Position numbers and translations under genes: made by a program | Notes under the pieces: generated by a model | The model's input: only the letters and a program-made list of their open reading frames with translations | What the model was told of the DNA's origin: nothing | Databases searched by the model: none | From: Verrucomicrobiales bacterium | GTDB taxonomy: Bacteria > Verrucomicrobiota > Verrucomicrobiia > Verrucomicrobiales > V1-33 | Assembly: GCA_018003315.1 (NCBI GenBank) | Contig: JAGNEJ010000010.1 | Span: forward strand, 11,044-75,043 | DNA length: 64,000 nucleotides | Direction: 5' to 3' | Shown here: positions 63,004 to 64,000 of the stretch, in pieces | Numbering within the stretch: the first letter of the stretch is position 1 | Layout: each line of letters begins with the position of its first letter

Positions 63004-64000
63004 GTTCTCTTTTCCCGTTGCAGGTAACGGATCACGGGCTCCTTTCCCCCTCTGGAGATCCGCCATCCAATATCCATGATCCTGTCGGTAGGTCCGGGCA
63101 GTTCCGCTATGATGCGGATAAAGGAATTCGGTGGCACAGGATGGATGGCGATTCTAACAAGCAGAGTTTCAAGCTGGATTTTTCCCAATTCCTAACCGCG
63201 GGCGAATTCAATCAGGATGTCCACTGCTACGAAGAGCCATCGCATCAATGGACGTTCGATCTGACGAACGCACACGCCACGGTGGATGGAGTGCATTTCG
63301 ATAATGGCACGCAGTTGTTGGATATTGATTCAAACGTAATCGGCGGTCCGTATACCGGCACGGAGAGCATCCTCGAAGTGCTGGGGGTGTTGCTGCCAGA
63401 ATACTCGCTCGAAATCATCGCGTCCGGACCTTCCTACACACTGCTTATCACGGGTCGTCAGGGGCTGTATCCGTGGACCGGTTCGACATGGCTTGTCACC
63501 ATTGCGGATGATGCCTTAGATGAAAATATTCCGGATGTTGTCTTAGAAACTGGTCTGCCGGTTACATCCGAGATCAACGCCAAGCTCGGTACTGTCGAAG
63601 GTGAAGCGACTACATCCTATCATCACGACGGGATGGTCACGATTGTGCAAAAAGTGGGGGATCCGGTTGTGGCCTCGCCGCAGGCTGGTGCAACCCCTCT
63701 TCTAGCATTCGTCGGGTTCATAAATGGAACGGTTGTCTCAGACATGATCCGCGGCTATCCGCTCCCGCTATGGGTCGATGATGCCGCCCCATCCACTCAG
63801 ATTTCCAGCGGCTTAATCTCAGACAACCGCCTCTTCCCGCTCCGCCCCACATCGTTTGCCGGGCCGTATGATGACGACTTCACCGGGGCCGATCTGGACC
63901 CCAAATGGACGCGCCACGGCCTGGTGGCCGGAGACCATACCTATCAGACGGGTGGTGGCTCATGGACCAGCATGAACATCCCCGCCGGGACCGTCGGTGC
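63000..64000 (+). CDS. Putative tail fibre / receptor-binding protein, 5' partial (continues beyond window)
   Basis: I translated this by hand from the ATG at 63000. No stop occurs before the window end, so it is absent from the ORF track. The last residues ...YDDDFTGADLDPKWTRHG resemble the start of a concanavalin/LamG-like lectin domain. Confidence 0.5.
   Translation, partial: MSSLFPLQVTDHGLLSPSGDPPSNIHDPVGRSGQFRYDADKGIRWHRMDGDSNKQSFKLDFSQFLTAGEFNQDVHCYEEPSHQWTFDLTNAHATVDGVHFDNGTQLLDIDSNVIGGPYTGTESILEVLGVLLPEYSLEIIASGPSYTLLITGRQGLYPWTGSTWLVTIADDALDENIPDVVLETGLPVTSEINAKLGTVEGEATTSYHHDGMVTIVQKVGDPVVASPQAGATPLLAFVGFINGTVVSDMIRGYPLPLWVDDAAPSTQISSGLISDNRLFPLRPTSFAGPYDDDFTGADLDPKWTRHGLVAGDHTYQTGGGSWTSMNIPAGTVG

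Larger units (their letters stand above)
48953..64000. mobile_element. Integrated phage-like element (prophage or remnant); right end beyond window
   Basis: Starts with a tRNA fragment and a tyrosine integrase. Carries portal-like, scaffold-like, capsid-like and tail-fibre-like genes. The DNA is visibly more AT-rich than the flanking chromosome. ATGA-coupled structural gene chain runs from 59.8 to 64 kb. Confidence 0.7.

Overview
High-GC bacterial chromosome segment. The gene content suggests Verrucomicrobiota or a related PVC-group organism: a PSCyt/DUF1549/DUF1553 giant protein, a PEP-CTERM protein, an SHD1-domain protein and TAT-signal Gfo/Idh/MocA oxidoreductases. There are three blocks. 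(1) Positions 1-9667 hold the 3' part of a type III-B (Cmr) CRISPR-Cas effector operon (cmr3 fragment, cmr4, cmr5, cmr6, cmr1), then a vapBC toxin-antitoxin pair, then four consecutive CARF-domain genes: a CARF-HEPN Csm6/Csx1-like RNase, a CARF-adenosine deaminase fusion (Cad1-like), a CARF-PD-(D/E)xK nuclease (Card1/Can2-like) and a small CARF-only protein. The block ends at tRNA-Thr(TGT). No CRISPR array, cas10/cmr2, cas6 or cas1/cas2 lies in the window; if they exist they are upstream of position 1. This multi-effector cyclic-oligoadenylate signalling island, and especially the CARF-deaminase, is the most interesting system here. (2) Positions 9.8-48.9 kb are housekeeping or accessory chromosome: an aminotransferase, a sulfotransferase/glycosyltransferase cluster, mpl, a GT9 heptosyltransferase, nagB, pyrR-pyrB, folP, pyrD, namZ, infA, tRNA-Ala, glpX, menF, hisH-hisB, galE and lepA. 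This block also holds a sorAB sulfite dehydrogenase operon that is translationally coupled to a peroxiredoxin-like ORF. That ORF has an in-frame TGA at the catalytic Cys position, making it a candidate selenoprotein. (3) From about 48.95 kb to the window end there is an integrated phage-like element that is visibly more AT-rich than its surroundings. It starts with a truncated tRNA-Arg(ACG) 3' fragment and a tyrosine integrase. It also carries portal-like, scaffold-like and major-capsid-like genes, an XRE regulator, a GT25 glycosyltransferase, two tandem paralogs with Ser/Gly/Thr linkers encoded by perfect 51-bp tandem repeats, and a partial tail-fibre-like gene running off the window. Many long ORFs in the six-frame track are antisense or out-of-frame shadows typical of high-GC DNA and were rejected. 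All functional calls rest on motif recognition in the translations. No database search was run.
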